Under the pieces are notes generated by a model. It worked only from the letters and a program-made list of their open reading frames with translations. It was not told the origin of the DNA and searched no databases. Made by a program: the position numbers and the translations under genes. DNA of 64,000 nt from Escherichia coli. GTDB lineage: Bacteria; Pseudomonadota; Gammaproteobacteria; Enterobacterales; Enterobacteriaceae. Shown here one piece after another: positions 47,731 through 57,225 of the stretch; positions within the stretch are counted from its first letter, which is position 1, and the number at the start of each line of letters is the position of its first letter. The stretch is taken from assembly GCF_045037415.1 (NCBI RefSeq), contig NZ_CP173438.1; one strand, given 5' to 3'.

Positions 47731-48119
47731 TGATAAGCGTTGATTCATTTAGAAAAATAACAAACCCTGTTTTTAATGACGAGCATGGGTTATCTATAAA
47801 TATTATTTGCGATATTGACGGGATTGGAAACGACATTCCATTCACCGCAATGAAAAATGATTGCGAGGAACACGGTAGGGTTTTATATGAAAGAGCGCTG
47901 AGCGGGGATTATGGGAGCATTTCTAAATTTGTAAAAAAAGAGCAGACGCAAAAACTCCAGACTACATTACGGACTGTTGGCGATCTGTCAATTGAGGCAT
48001 TCTCAATTCAGTGTGCAGTAGATGCCGGAACCGCATCTGACGCGCAAATCGAAAATTTGGCCGAGCTTAAAGAAGCAATAGCGACGCGAATTGGTGAAAA
48101 TAGAGAAGGAATAAAATGA
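47730..48119 (+). CDS. tail fiber assembly/chaperone candidate
   Basis: 129 aa directly after the fiber gene. Assigned by position. Confidence 0.5.
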   Translation: MISVDSFRKITNPVFNDEHGLSINIICDIDGIGNDIPFTAMKNDCEEHGRVLYERALSGDYGSISKFVKKEQTQKLQTTLRTVGDLSIEAFSIQCAVDAGTASDAQIENLAELKEAIATRIGENREGIK

Positions 48120-49618
48120 GCGTAACTAATTTTTTACACGGTATTCGCACGCTCGAATACGACGACGGCACAAAAGAGATCAACACAGTAGATATTTCCG
48201 TGATTGGGATTGTTGGTACTGCTCCCGATTCCAGCTACCCAACTTGTGCATCACTATTATGGGGATCAGAGCTCGCAGACAATCTTGTTGAGTTTTCGAC
48301 TGTCATGCCAGGGGCCGACGGAAACAACTGGATTGTTGAAATTGTTGATTTGGGAATTAACGGGAATGTAGCAACTCCAGGATACAGCACACTGCCCGAC
48401 GGTTCGAGAAAATTAACAATGATCACGGACGGTGCCATGACCCCGTCAAAAATGTACGATCAGAACCAGCAGTATAAAGAAGGACTCCAGATTGGAGAAT
48501 ATATTAACGTCACATTCGGTGGTGATCACGCAGGAACGGGGACTGTATTCGCGCTCCCCCCAACAAATTTATCCGGTGGTAAAGACGAATCGTTCAAATA
48601 TAATGTTCCGACGTTAATTGCAGGCAGTCAAAAAAAAGCTGGATTGCTCGGTGGGTCTGGAACCCTTCCTCCCGCTGTATCTGAAATACTAAATCAGGAG
48701 GATGCCATTATTGTTGTTGTCCGCGTCGAAGAGGACAGCGACGAAACAAAAATGCGGCAGAACGTCGTTAACGGGATTAACGCATTGTTGACGTCTGCGC
48801 AAATAAATCAAGTAACGCCGAGAATTTTAATCGCTCCAGATTATAGTGCTAACGATTATATTGCAGAACAACTTGAAGTGGTGACAAATAAATTACGAGG
48901 CGTTGGATATATCGATTCACCGCGAGGCGCTACGCCTGCTGACGTTGTAAATCGTCGTCAGAGGTACGGCGGCAGAATGGAAATTCTGCGCCCTCGTGTT
49001 TATTCTACGAGTGATGTTAGTGGTTTATCTCGTCCGTATTCAGCTATCGCTGCTGGTTTACGAGCCAGAATTGATAACGAAAAAGGGTTTTGGTGGAGCA
49101 AATCGAATCAAAATATCTACGGAATTACAGGACTCGAACAAGTCGATGATTTTATAATCGGTGAAACGAACTGCACAGCAAATCTGCTGAACGCCAGCCA
49201 GGTCAGCACAATTATTCGCTATGATGGATTCAGACACTGGGGTAACTATCTGTGTAGCCTCAGTCCCCAATGGTCCTTTGAATGCGTTCGTCGGACAGCT
49301 GACGTAATTGAGGATTCAATAGCCCGGGCAATGATGACCGATTTTATTGATCGCCCGATAGACCTGCACCTCGGAACAGACGTTGTAGAGTCGATAAACG
49401 CGTATCTGCATAAATTAGAGGAGCAGGGCGCGATTAACGGAGGACGGGCGTGGTTAGATGAAGAGTTAAATACAAAAGAAAGTCTGGCCGCTGGTAATCT
49501 TTATATTAATGTTGACTTTGGACCGAAATCCCCGGCACAAACAATTACGTTAATGTACCGCATTAATAATGATTACACAGTTGAAGCTCTGGCCTCTCTT
49601 TTTAAAGAAACAGTCTAA
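48116..49618 (+). CDS. contractile tail sheath protein
   Basis: 500 aa, immediately upstream of the tube gene. C-terminal pattern typical of sheath proteins. Confidence 0.8.
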   Translation: MSVTNFLHGIRTLEYDDGTKEINTVDISVIGIVGTAPDSSYPTCASLLWGSELADNLVEFSTVMPGADGNNWIVEIVDLGINGNVATPGYSTLPDGSRKLTMITDGAMTPSKMYDQNQQYKEGLQIGEYINVTFGGDHAGTGTVFALPPTNLSGGKDESFKYNVPTLIAGSQKKAGLLGGSGTLPPAVSEILNQEDAIIVVVRVEEDSDETKMRQNVVNGINALLTSAQINQVTPRILIAPDYSANDYIAEQLEVVTNKLRGVGYIDSPRGATPADVVNRRQRYGGRMEILRPRVYSTSDVSGLSRPYSAIAAGLRARIDNEKGFWWSKSNQNIYGITGLEQVDDFIIGETNCTANLLNASQVSTIIRYDGFRHWGNYLCSLSPQWSFECVRRTADVIEDSIARAMMTDFIDRPIDLHLGTDVVESINAYLHKLEEQGAINGGRAWLDEELNTKESLAAGNLYINVDFGPKSPAQTITLMYRINNDYTVEALASLFKETV

Positions 49619-49635
49619 TAATCTGGAGAATTGAT

Positions 49636-50148
49636 ATGGCAGATAGTAACACCTATCGTGCATTTGCGTTGTTCGTCCAGGGAGAACGAGTTTTAAATTG
49701 CACTGAATACACTCCCGTCGATATGAAAATAATCGAAGATGATTTTAAGACGGGCGCTATGGATACAGCTATCACTCTGGACGGGGGAATGGAGAAAATG
49801 TCAGCCAGTTTTAAAGTCTCTGGCTCCGATTCTGGTGTGATGGGGTATTTGGGATTAATACCAGGTGCTAAAACAAGGTTCGAAATTCGAAGTGCATATA
49901 CTGACAATTACGGTGTCAATTTTGAACGTATTGATACATATGAGGGGCTTATTACGGCGATTACTGATGACGCGCAGGGGACTGATTCAAAATCAGCAGT
50001 TGGGCAATCAGTAACGATTGCGCCGAGCTATTATAAACGAGTTCAAAATGGAAAAATTATTTACGAGATTCATCCTGCAAAAATGAAACGAGTAATTAAT
50101 GGTGTTGACGTTCTTGCGGGCGTTGCTCGTATTCTCCATGTATATTAA
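49636..50148 (+). CDS. tail tube protein (P2 FII-like)
   Basis: 170 aa. C-terminal KRVINGVDVLAGVARIL parallels FII EKVNGVDRLEQHRRNIGL. Confidence 0.8.
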   Translation: MADSNTYRAFALFVQGERVLNCTEYTPVDMKIIEDDFKTGAMDTAITLDGGMEKMSASFKVSGSDSGVMGYLGLIPGAKTRFEIRSAYTDNYGVNFERIDTYEGLITAITDDAQGTDSKSAVGQSVTIAPSYYKRVQNGKIIYEIHPAKMKRVINGVDVLAGVARILHVY

Positions 50149-50160
50149 AAGGCAAATAAA

Positions 50161-50442
50161 ATGGAATCATTATTAGACAGTATGACTATTACGCTCTCTC
50201 GCCCGTTTATTATTAAGGGGGAGAGCCGCGATACAATTACTATTCGCGAACCAAAATTACGCGACCGCATTATGTTCAGTAACGATAAAAGTGGTCTTGA
50301 AGAGCGGACAGCGACAATGCTGGCGCGCCTGGCAAATCTGGAGCGTGAGGATTTATATGCACTGCCTGCGTGCGATTACGATCAAATGGAGGCCGCATTT
50401 AACGAACTGGTAAAGCCTCCGAAAGACCGACATCAGATATAG
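50161..50442 (+). CDS. tail assembly chaperone (P2 gpE-like)
   Basis: 93 aa between the tube and tape measure genes. Confidence 0.65.
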   Translation: MESLLDSMTITLSRPFIIKGESRDTITIREPKLRDRIMFSNDKSGLEERTATMLARLANLEREDLYALPACDYDQMEAAFNELVKPPKDRHQI

Positions 50443-50573
50443 TTATTCTGATTCCGTTTATTGCGAAAAAACTTGCCATCCCGCCCGATACGCAAATGGA
50501 CCTGCCGTACCGGGTTTTTAATTTCTATGTAAACGAGGTCATGAAAATCGATGGCTATTTCTCAAAACTTTAA
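50403..50573 (+). other. -1 frame extension of the chaperone gene (E+E' / G-T type frameshift product)
   Basis: The -1 frame is open from 50403 to the TAA at 50571..50573 and bridges the gap to the tape measure gene. A_AAG at 50412..50415 is a possible slip site. Confidence 0.45.
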
Positions 50574-52191
50574 AACGCAGGTTGTATTCGGTGGGCGAAT
50601 AGACCCGTCGTTTCGTCGCGGTACAACAGAACTCAATGATGCGATTCGGCAGACGTCGTCTACTGTCGGGAAATTAACGAAAAGTCAGGATAAATTAAAA
50701 GACAAAATCGCAGCAATGAAACTGGCAGGTAAAGACGTTTCTGATTTATCTGCTCAGTATCAAAAGCTGGACCGTCGAATAAAAGCGACAACGCAGGACC
50801 AGGAGGCGCTGAATACTCAACTTGCTAAAAAACAGCGGCTGGAGAAGTGGACGGGTCGCGCAAAAGGAGCTGCAAAATGGGGCGGACGAGCCGCCGCAGG
50901 TGCGGTGAGGGCTACGGGGCGGGGTATCAAATGGGGGACACTTGGCGCGGCAGGGCTCATTGGCGGTGCTGCAGCTGGTGCGCTGGCAATGAATGCAGAG
51001 ACGTCAGAAAAACTCGGTCTGGCGAAGTCCTACGGCGTTGGCGTCGAAAAATACGCTGCGTGGGAAAATATTGGTAAAGCCGCGGGCCTGAACGGCGAAA
51101 ATATCGGGGATTTGTCTGAAGAACTTACAAATAAAATCGGCGAAATCGGAAACGAAAAAAGCCTGAATCCCATGTTATTTCAAATTGGCCTGACGAAAAA
51201 ACGAATGGCTGGCTGGGATCGGGAAAAACAGTTTAATGAGGTTATGCGTCGCATCTCTGAAATGAAAGATGAGAAGCAAGCGGCGAGCCTCGCTGACCAG
51301 CTCATGGGGGGCGAGGCTAATAAGATCATGACGTATATGAAGGCGACGGGTAAAAGCTGGGAACAGACAATGTCTGACGCGCAAAAGTCGAATTTGTTAA
51401 CAAAAGAGGGTGCGGAAGGGGCGGCGCGTGCGCATGTATCAGTGACAAATCTGTGGGGCTCTATTACGTCGGGACTTGCAGATACACTCGGTAAAATCGG
51501 GGGGGAACTCGCGCCGACGTTTGACTCAGTACGTGAAACATTTACATCCTGGTTTAAGGATAATCAGGGTGGTTTTGTCAGCACAATTACTGAGTGGGTA
51601 AAACCAGAAAATATGAAAAAAATGTGGGATGGCATCGTCAATTTTGGAGAAGGTTGCGTCAAATTCGGGAAGATTATATGGGCTGTCGTAAAGAAACTGG
51701 AGTGGCTTATTCCGGATGAAAAATCAGATGAAGAACAGAAAACTTATAATGACGAATATAATCGGGCATATCAAGAGTTTATGGATTCGGGAGGTAAATA
51801 TTCACCGAACGCTGGATTGACTGCTGATAATATTGCGAAGGCAAAAGCCGAAGAGGCTGTCGAAAATATGCGGCATCCAGAACGGCAAGAACAGGCAAAA
51901 TCTCAGGCAGAATCAATGCTCGCGTTTGTTAATCCATTATCCGGGATGGTAAATAAAAATACCGCGCCTGCAGCACTGGATTCGTCGACGTTAAATATTG
52001 ATACGTTGAAGCAGGCAGTCTCGACACCTGCGCCGGAGCAAAACAATAAAATCGAAATCAATATTGTCGGTGCGACAGATCCGCAGTCAATACAACAATC
52101 TGCAGCGTCGGGGGTGCTCGATGGACTGAGACAGGCTGCGAGTTCGTACAATCGTGGCGCGATGTTTGATAAACCAGCTGCGGCGGGGTGA
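50551..52191 (+). CDS. tail tape measure protein
   Basis: 546 aa, helical, with a Gly/Ala-rich hydrophobic segment. Canonical position. Confidence 0.85.
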   Translation: MAISQNFKTQVVFGGRIDPSFRRGTTELNDAIRQTSSTVGKLTKSQDKLKDKIAAMKLAGKDVSDLSAQYQKLDRRIKATTQDQEALNTQLAKKQRLEKWTGRAKGAAKWGGRAAAGAVRATGRGIKWGTLGAAGLIGGAAAGALAMNAETSEKLGLAKSYGVGVEKYAAWENIGKAAGLNGENIGDLSEELTNKIGEIGNEKSLNPMLFQIGLTKKRMAGWDREKQFNEVMRRISEMKDEKQAASLADQLMGGEANKIMTYMKATGKSWEQTMSDAQKSNLLTKEGAEGAARAHVSVTNLWGSITSGLADTLGKIGGELAPTFDSVRETFTSWFKDNQGGFVSTITEWVKPENMKKMWDGIVNFGEGCVKFGKIIWAVVKKLEWLIPDEKSDEEQKTYNDEYNRAYQEFMDSGGKYSPNAGLTADNIAKAKAEEAVENMRHPERQEQAKSQAESMLAFVNPLSGMVNKNTAPAALDSSTLNIDTLKQAVSTPAPEQNNKIEINIVGATDPQSIQQSAASGVLDGLRQAASSYNRGAMFDKPAAAG

Positions 52192-52616
52192 CAATGAGTG
52201 ATGCAATAAACGGTGCTGAGGATATCATGCTCGGCCTGGGTGATTTCATTTTTGCTATATCAACAGTAGCGTACAACAAACTGCAACGTAGTGACGCCTG
52301 GCGCTGGGCTCAGCAAACACGATTCGGGAAAAACGACGCGTTGCAGATAACCGGACGACCGAACCCCACAATTACTATCGATGGAAAGATAAACGCTTTA
52401 TTTCTTGACGGGTGCGGCGTCGGCCTGTTGACAGATTTGCGAGCGCTCGGGAACACGGGAGAACCCCAGCAGCTAGTGCTGGGGACCGGGGAGGTGAAAG
52501 GGTACTGGGTGCTGCGAGAACTAACTGAAACGCAAAACAGCTTTTTGATGGGCGGAACACCTAAATCGCAGGACTTTTCACTCACGCTCGAATATTATGG
52601 AGCTTCGCTAGATTAA
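52188..52616 (+). CDS. tail protein (P2 gpU-like)
   Basis: MLGLGDFIFAISTVAYNKLQRSDAWRW...GTPKSQDFSLTLEYYG parallels gpU. Confidence 0.85.
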   Translation: MTMSDAINGAEDIMLGLGDFIFAISTVAYNKLQRSDAWRWAQQTRFGKNDALQITGRPNPTITIDGKINALFLDGCGVGLLTDLRALGNTGEPQQLVLGTGEVKGYWVLRELTETQNSFLMGGTPKSQDFSLTLEYYGASLD

Positions 52617-52623
52617 TACAAAA

Positions 52624-52758
52624 TCAAGCGCTACCAGAGCACTTAACAAGTATAAAAATAATAAAAAAAACTACGAACATAAATGTAAAACAACCTGATG
52701 GTATTTTTTTTGACGCCGAAATACTAATACCTCTCCGACTACTAAAATTAATTCTCAT
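52624..52758 (-). CDS. 44-aa hydrophobic peptide ORF antisense to the tail operon (speculative)
   Basis: ATG with an AAGGA 7 nt upstream. MRINFSSRRGISISASKKIPSGCFTFMFVVFFIIFILVKCSGSA. Lies in a 160-bp AT-rich gap and is too short for the ORF track. Confidence 0.35.
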   Translation of the reverse strand: MRINFSSRRGISISASKKIPSGCFTFMFVVFFIIFILVKCSGSA

Positions 52759-52789
52759 TATGAAATCCTTTTAATTAATGGGGCCCCAA

Positions 52790-53002
52790 ATGATTACATA
52801 CACTACACGGGACGGTGACCGTCTCGATCAGATCTGCCTTGCGGTCTACGGGAGAGCGTCAAAAACGACAGAGACTGTTTTATATCAGGTTTCGAATTAC
52901 GGCGTAACGGATATGTGTGCCGTGTTTCGTGCTGGAGAAAAAATTGTTTTACCAGATATCGAACCAGAGCCGGTTAAAAAAGAAACGCAATTATGGGATT
53001 GA
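52790..53002 (+). CDS. tail protein X (P2 gpX-like)
   Basis: GDRLDQICLAVYGR...ETVL...LPDIEP parallels gpX (LysM-like). Confidence 0.8.
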   Translation: MITYTTRDGDRLDQICLAVYGRASKTTETVLYQVSNYGVTDMCAVFRAGEKIVLPDIEPEPVKKETQLWD

Positions 53003-53005
53003 TGA

Positions 53006-54050
53006 ATGAGTGATTACGTAAATACTGGCGTGGAGGCGTGGAAACCTAATTTTTATATATCTGCTGATAATAAAAACATCACGGATAAAATAAGAAAAGG
53101 TTTGATCAATATCACGCTGACAGATTACGGCGGCTCCAGTAAACAGACAGACGAACTCCGCGTAGCAATAGTTTCTGAAACTCTGAAAATTCCGGCCCGC
53201 GGAGTAAAAATCAGTATTGGGCTCGGTTTCGGTAATCAGATAATTGATAAAGGGATATACATCGTTGACGGTGCTAGCAGTGGCGGTGAACCCCGGGTAG
53301 TTGATTTCACAGCAAAAGCGGCTCCGATGAACGCAGCAAAAGGATCTCCGACAGTTCAGAGCAAAAAGACTCGTTCCTGGAGCGACGTCACTGTCAGCGA
53401 TATCGTTGCGACAATAGCGAGCGATAATGGGCTAAAACCACGCGTATCAAAGCGGTTTGCAGACAATGTTATCACGCAACTCGATCAGGTCGGCGAGTCA
53501 GATATGCACCTGATGTCGCGGCTCGCAACGAGATTCGATGCGGTGAGTAAACCCGCGGGCGGGTACTGGATATTCCTGCCGCGCGGCGCGGGCGAATCTG
53601 TTAGCGGTGCTCCGCTCCAGCACTACACGCTAACTCGTCGTGATAACTCCAGCTGGGGCTATTCGAGAAATGGACAAAGTGGCGATAGTGGTAGCGGTGG
53701 CGAAAATCCGGAACCGACGTATCTGATTAAATATCACGACACAGCAACTGGGCAGATCAAAGAATTGCGGACAAGGTAGTGGCGGCGATCCTGTCATTGA
53801 ATGGCCGGCAGTTGAGCCGTCGCTCGACGCAGCGAAAGAAGCTGCACCAGGGCTCAAGGGCGGTGCAGCTAAAAAAGAGTTCTCTATGACGTACACGACG
53901 CCAGCGACGCTCGATTTAGTGTCGCTGACAGCAGAATGCAAAGTCACAACTCAAGGTTTCGGGACCGAGGAGGACCGGGACTGGACTATCAACACACTGA
54001 GTCTGACGCTCGCTGAAAACGGTTTTTCGGTTCGGCTGTCTCTGGAGTAA
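53006..54050 (+). pseudogene. late control/tail protein D (P2 gpD-like) with a +1 frameshift
   Basis: ORF ends at the TAG at 53777..53779. The next frame, open from 53727, continues GSGGDPVIEWPAVEPSLDAAKE...FSVRLSLE* to 54050. The span is 348 codons plus 1 nt. Confidence 0.8.
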
Positions 54051-54216
54051 ATGGGCTCGGCGAGCCGGTGGCGGTATGAATTTAGTATTAACAGATGTCG
54101 ACTGCAAACGGCACCTGCGATATTTTTAGGCGTAAGCCGGAGAACGAAGAGTCTCTGGTGCTGAACGTTGTTATCGTTAGATGCTGACATATTTTTAATA
54201 TTGGGAGTTTTCAAAC

Positions 54217-54636
54217 ATGGTCGTTAAAAATGGTCTTGCCTGTGGGATTATGCTTGCTCTTGTCGGTTGTGCTACAAAACCTGTCTCAAATGAACAAGCC
54301 ACTCCTGTTCCTGAAAAACAAATTATCAGTACCGCGTTACTCGAAAAACGAGACGGTACGGGAGAGGTGATCATCAAGCGTGACTCGGGTTTCTTTGGAA
54401 GCGCGTGTTTTTCCCGTGTTTATGTTGATGGTAAAGAGGTGGCAGATTTAGGTACAGCTCAGAAAGTCGTTGTATACCCAACGATTGGTGATCATGTCTT
54501 CAGCGCGTGGCCAAAAGGAGTATGTGGTGGTGGCATGAGCGAACAAGCGGGCAAGGTGACAACAGATCGTACTTTGATGTATCGCATAGGGTATGGATCA
54601 AACGGTGAATATGGAATTCACCCAACCGCGTTTTAA
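54217..54636 (+). CDS. lipoprotein cargo gene next to attR (DUF2846-like)
   Basis: Lipobox MLALVGC. 139 aa. Lies after the last tail gene and is followed by a hairpin. Confidence 0.7.
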   Translation: MVVKNGLACGIMLALVGCATKPVSNEQATPVPEKQIISTALLEKRDGTGEVIIKRDSGFFGSACFSRVYVDGKEVADLGTAQKVVVYPTIGDHVFSAWPKGVCGGGMSEQAGKVTTDRTLMYRIGYGSNGEYGIHPTAF

Positions 54637-54644
54637 TTTGTGTT

Positions 54645-54671
54645 GGGGTATGTGAGTTTTTCTCATACCCC
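54645..54671 (+). terminator. hairpin terminator after the lipoprotein gene
   Basis: GGGGTATG ... CATACCCC followed by TTT. Confidence 0.55.
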
Positions 54672-54856
54672 TTTACCTCGCTTTGCTCCTGACAGTTTGG
54701 TCACATAAAGGCGCAGAACATCACCATTTTTGCCAAAAACCTTCAGAAGACGATGAGTAAGACGCGTCGTAACTATATGATTATTTGATATTCATACACA
54801 CCATTATGTCCGGATAATTTGCCATAATTATTTGAATTTATTGCACAAAGCGACCA

Positions 54857-54981
54857 ATTTAAAATCCCTCGGCGTTCGCGCTGTGCGGGTTCAAGTCCCG
54901 CTCCGGGTACCATGGGAAAGATAAGAATAAAATCAAAGCAATAAGCAGTGTCGTGAAACCACCTTCGGGTGGTTTTTTTGT
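54857..54981 (+). repeat. attR: right copy of the 125-bp repeat (3' fragment of leuZ plus terminator)
   Basis: Identical to 12245..12369. Contains only the last 56 nt of the tRNA (54857..54912). Confidence 0.93.
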
Positions 54982-55107
54982 GCCTGCAACTTGTCGTTAC
55001 ACCCTCCTTAATTTTTAATCACCGGCAAAGCCACTCAAAAAGTATCTCTGATACGGACCGGCATGTAAGATAGGTGCTGGCGAGTTGAGATCCACAAGGA
55101 AAAGCGT

Positions 55108-55773
55108 ATGAAAACGGGACCGTTAAACGAAAGTGAGTTGGAATGGCTGGACGATATTCTGACCAAATACAACACTGACCACGCCATTCTTGATGTGGCG
55201 GAGCTGGACGGTTTATTGACGGCGGTGTTGAGTTCTCCGCAAGAGATTGAACCGGCACAGTGGCTGGTTGCCGTGTGGGGTGGGGCTGACTATGTGCCGC
55301 GCTGGGCGTCAGAGAAAGAGATGACGCGCTTTATGAACCTGGCTTTTCAACATATGGCCGATACCGCAGAGCGTCTGAACGAATTTCCGGAGCAGTTTGA
55401 GCCATTATTCGGCTTGCGAGAAGTCGATGGCAGCGAGCTGACGATTGTTGAGGAGTGGTGCTTTGGCTATATGCGGGGCGTGGCACTTTCTGACTGGTCA
55501 ACGTTGCCCGATTCGTTAAAACCAGCGCTGGAGGCGATTGCGCTGCACGGTACTGAGGAAAACTTCGAGCGGGTAGAGAAGATGTCGCCAGAAGCGTTTG
55601 AAGAGAGCGTAGATGCCATTCGACTGGCGGCGCTTGATCTACATGCGTACTGGATGGCGCATCCGCAGGAAAAAGCTGTTCAGCAACCGATCAAAGCAGA
55701 AGAGAAACCGGGGCGTAATGATCCTTGCCCGTGCGGTAGTGGTAAGAAATTTAAGCAGTGCTGCCTGCATTAA
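55108..55773 (+). CDS. yecA: UPF0149/SEC-C motif protein YecA
   Basis: 221 aa. C-terminal SEC-C metal-binding motif [17 protein letters not shown]. Confidence 0.93.
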   Translation: MKTGPLNESELEWLDDILTKYNTDHAILDVAELDGLLTAVLSSPQEIEPAQWLVAVWGGADYVPRWASEKEMTRFMNLAFQHMADTAERLNEFPEQFEPLFGLREVDGSELTIVEEWCFGYMRGVALSDWSTLPDSLKPALEAIALHGTEENFERVEKMSPEAFEESVDAIRLAALDLHAYWMAHPQEKAVQQPIKAEEKPGRNDPCPCGSGKKFKQCCLH

Positions 55774-55823
55774 GAGGTCAAATTGGGTGTCAGCGTTAAT
55801 TCTGGCACCCAATAAGAATCTAA

Positions 55824-57035
55824 TCACCCCACTTCTGGTAACAAGCCTGCCGCAATCAAAAATTGCACGCCAATCACAGCAATACCACAGAGAAACACCA
55901 CCACCAGCGCCGGACGACCACCTTTCACCCGGTAACCCGCCTGAGGATTGTGCTTCCTGCTTTGCCAGGTCAACAGCGAAGGGATAATCAATGCCAGTAC
56001 CGCCAGTGCCACACCGGCGTAACCCAGCGCCATCACAAATCCTCGTGGATAAAACAGTGCAAACGCCAGTGGCGGCAGAAAGGTAATTGCACCAGTTTGC
56101 AATCGTCCACCAACGGTATTTGAACGCTGAAACAAATCTGCCAGATAATCAAATAAGCCTAACGCTACGCCGAGGAAGGACGTGGCGAGGGCTAAATCAG
56201 CAAATAAATGCACTGCCAGCTCAACATGCGGAGAGGCCACCATTTCGCGTAACGCCTGTAACAGCCCGTTTAATCCGGCATGATTAGCCAGCAATCCCAT
56301 AAAGGTTGTTGAATCAATGCTGCCAAGGGTCGCCAGCTGCCAGAAAATATATGCCACCAGGGGGATCGCACTACCGATTATAAACACCCAGCGTAGCTTA
56401 CGAATGTTGCCATCCATATAGCTGACAATACTCGGCACGCTACCGTGAAAACCAAACGACGTAAAAATCACCGGGATTGCAGACAGTGCCAGTCCCTGTT
56501 GCAACGGCAGGGTTAAAAGATTCACTTTGTGAATATGCGGTAGCAGCAATACCAGCATCACCACCAGAAAAATAATTTTGGCGCTGAACAGAAAACGGTT
56601 AAATAAATCGACCAGCGAAGTTCCGACACAAACCACGCCACCGGCAACAAAAGTGAACAACAGCACGCCAGCGGTTGCCGACATTGAAATACCTGTCCAG
56701 TCGCTGATGCTGGAGGCCAACAATTCACCGGCACCGCTGATGTATGCCGCAGTCAGAGCATACATTAAGAACATCATACTGAAGCCCGTCAGCCACTGAC
56801 CGTAGCGTCCCAGATAGCGTTTTGCCAGCGTGCCCAGACCGGTATCTGCCGGGACATGCTGATACACCTCCAGCAGTAATAGCGCCGTGTAGCACATCAA
56901 CGCCCAAAGCCCAATCAACAAGATTAACGTGACGCTAAAACCAACACCTGCCGCAGCCAGCGGCATTGCCAGCATGCCTGCGCCAATTGTGGTTCCCGCC
57001 ACGATAAAAACACTTCCCAGAGTTCTGTTTTTCAC
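55824..57035 (-). CDS. tyrP: tyrosine-specific transporter
   Basis: 403-aa polytopic HAAAP-family permease at the K-12 tyrP position. Confidence 0.95.
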   Translation of the reverse strand: MKNRTLGSVFIVAGTTIGAGMLAMPLAAAGVGFSVTLILLIGLWALMCYTALLLLEVYQHVPADTGLGTLAKRYLGRYGQWLTGFSMMFLMYALTAAYISGAGELLASSISDWTGISMSATAGVLLFTFVAGGVVCVGTSLVDLFNRFLFSAKIIFLVVMLVLLLPHIHKVNLLTLPLQQGLALSAIPVIFTSFGFHGSVPSIVSYMDGNIRKLRWVFIIGSAIPLVAYIFWQLATLGSIDSTTFMGLLANHAGLNGLLQALREMVASPHVELAVHLFADLALATSFLGVALGLFDYLADLFQRSNTVGGRLQTGAITFLPPLAFALFYPRGFVMALGYAGVALAVLALIIPSLLTWQSRKHNPQAGYRVKGGRPALVVVFLCGIAVIGVQFLIAAGLLPEVG

Positions 57036-57225
57036 GCTTTCTTCTGTCCTGACGATCTTTATGAGTGATATCTGCGGCGCAGGTTAAGGCATAACGGCTG
57101 ATTCGTCAAATCGACGTTACATATAGTGTAAATATAAATGTACAATAAAAAGCGTTCAGTTCTGCGCTGGCGCAAAGTCTTCATAAGCAGCAATCGCTAC
57201 GCTAGGCTTTTTTTGAGGAGGAACG

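Larger units (their letters stand above)
12245..54981. mobile_element. ~42.7 kb prophage integrated in leuZ (lambda-type head, P2-type contractile tail)
   Basis: Flanked by 125-bp direct repeats. Integrase lies next to the tRNA. Complete early, lysis, head and tail modules. Host synteny resumes at yecA. Confidence 0.93.
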
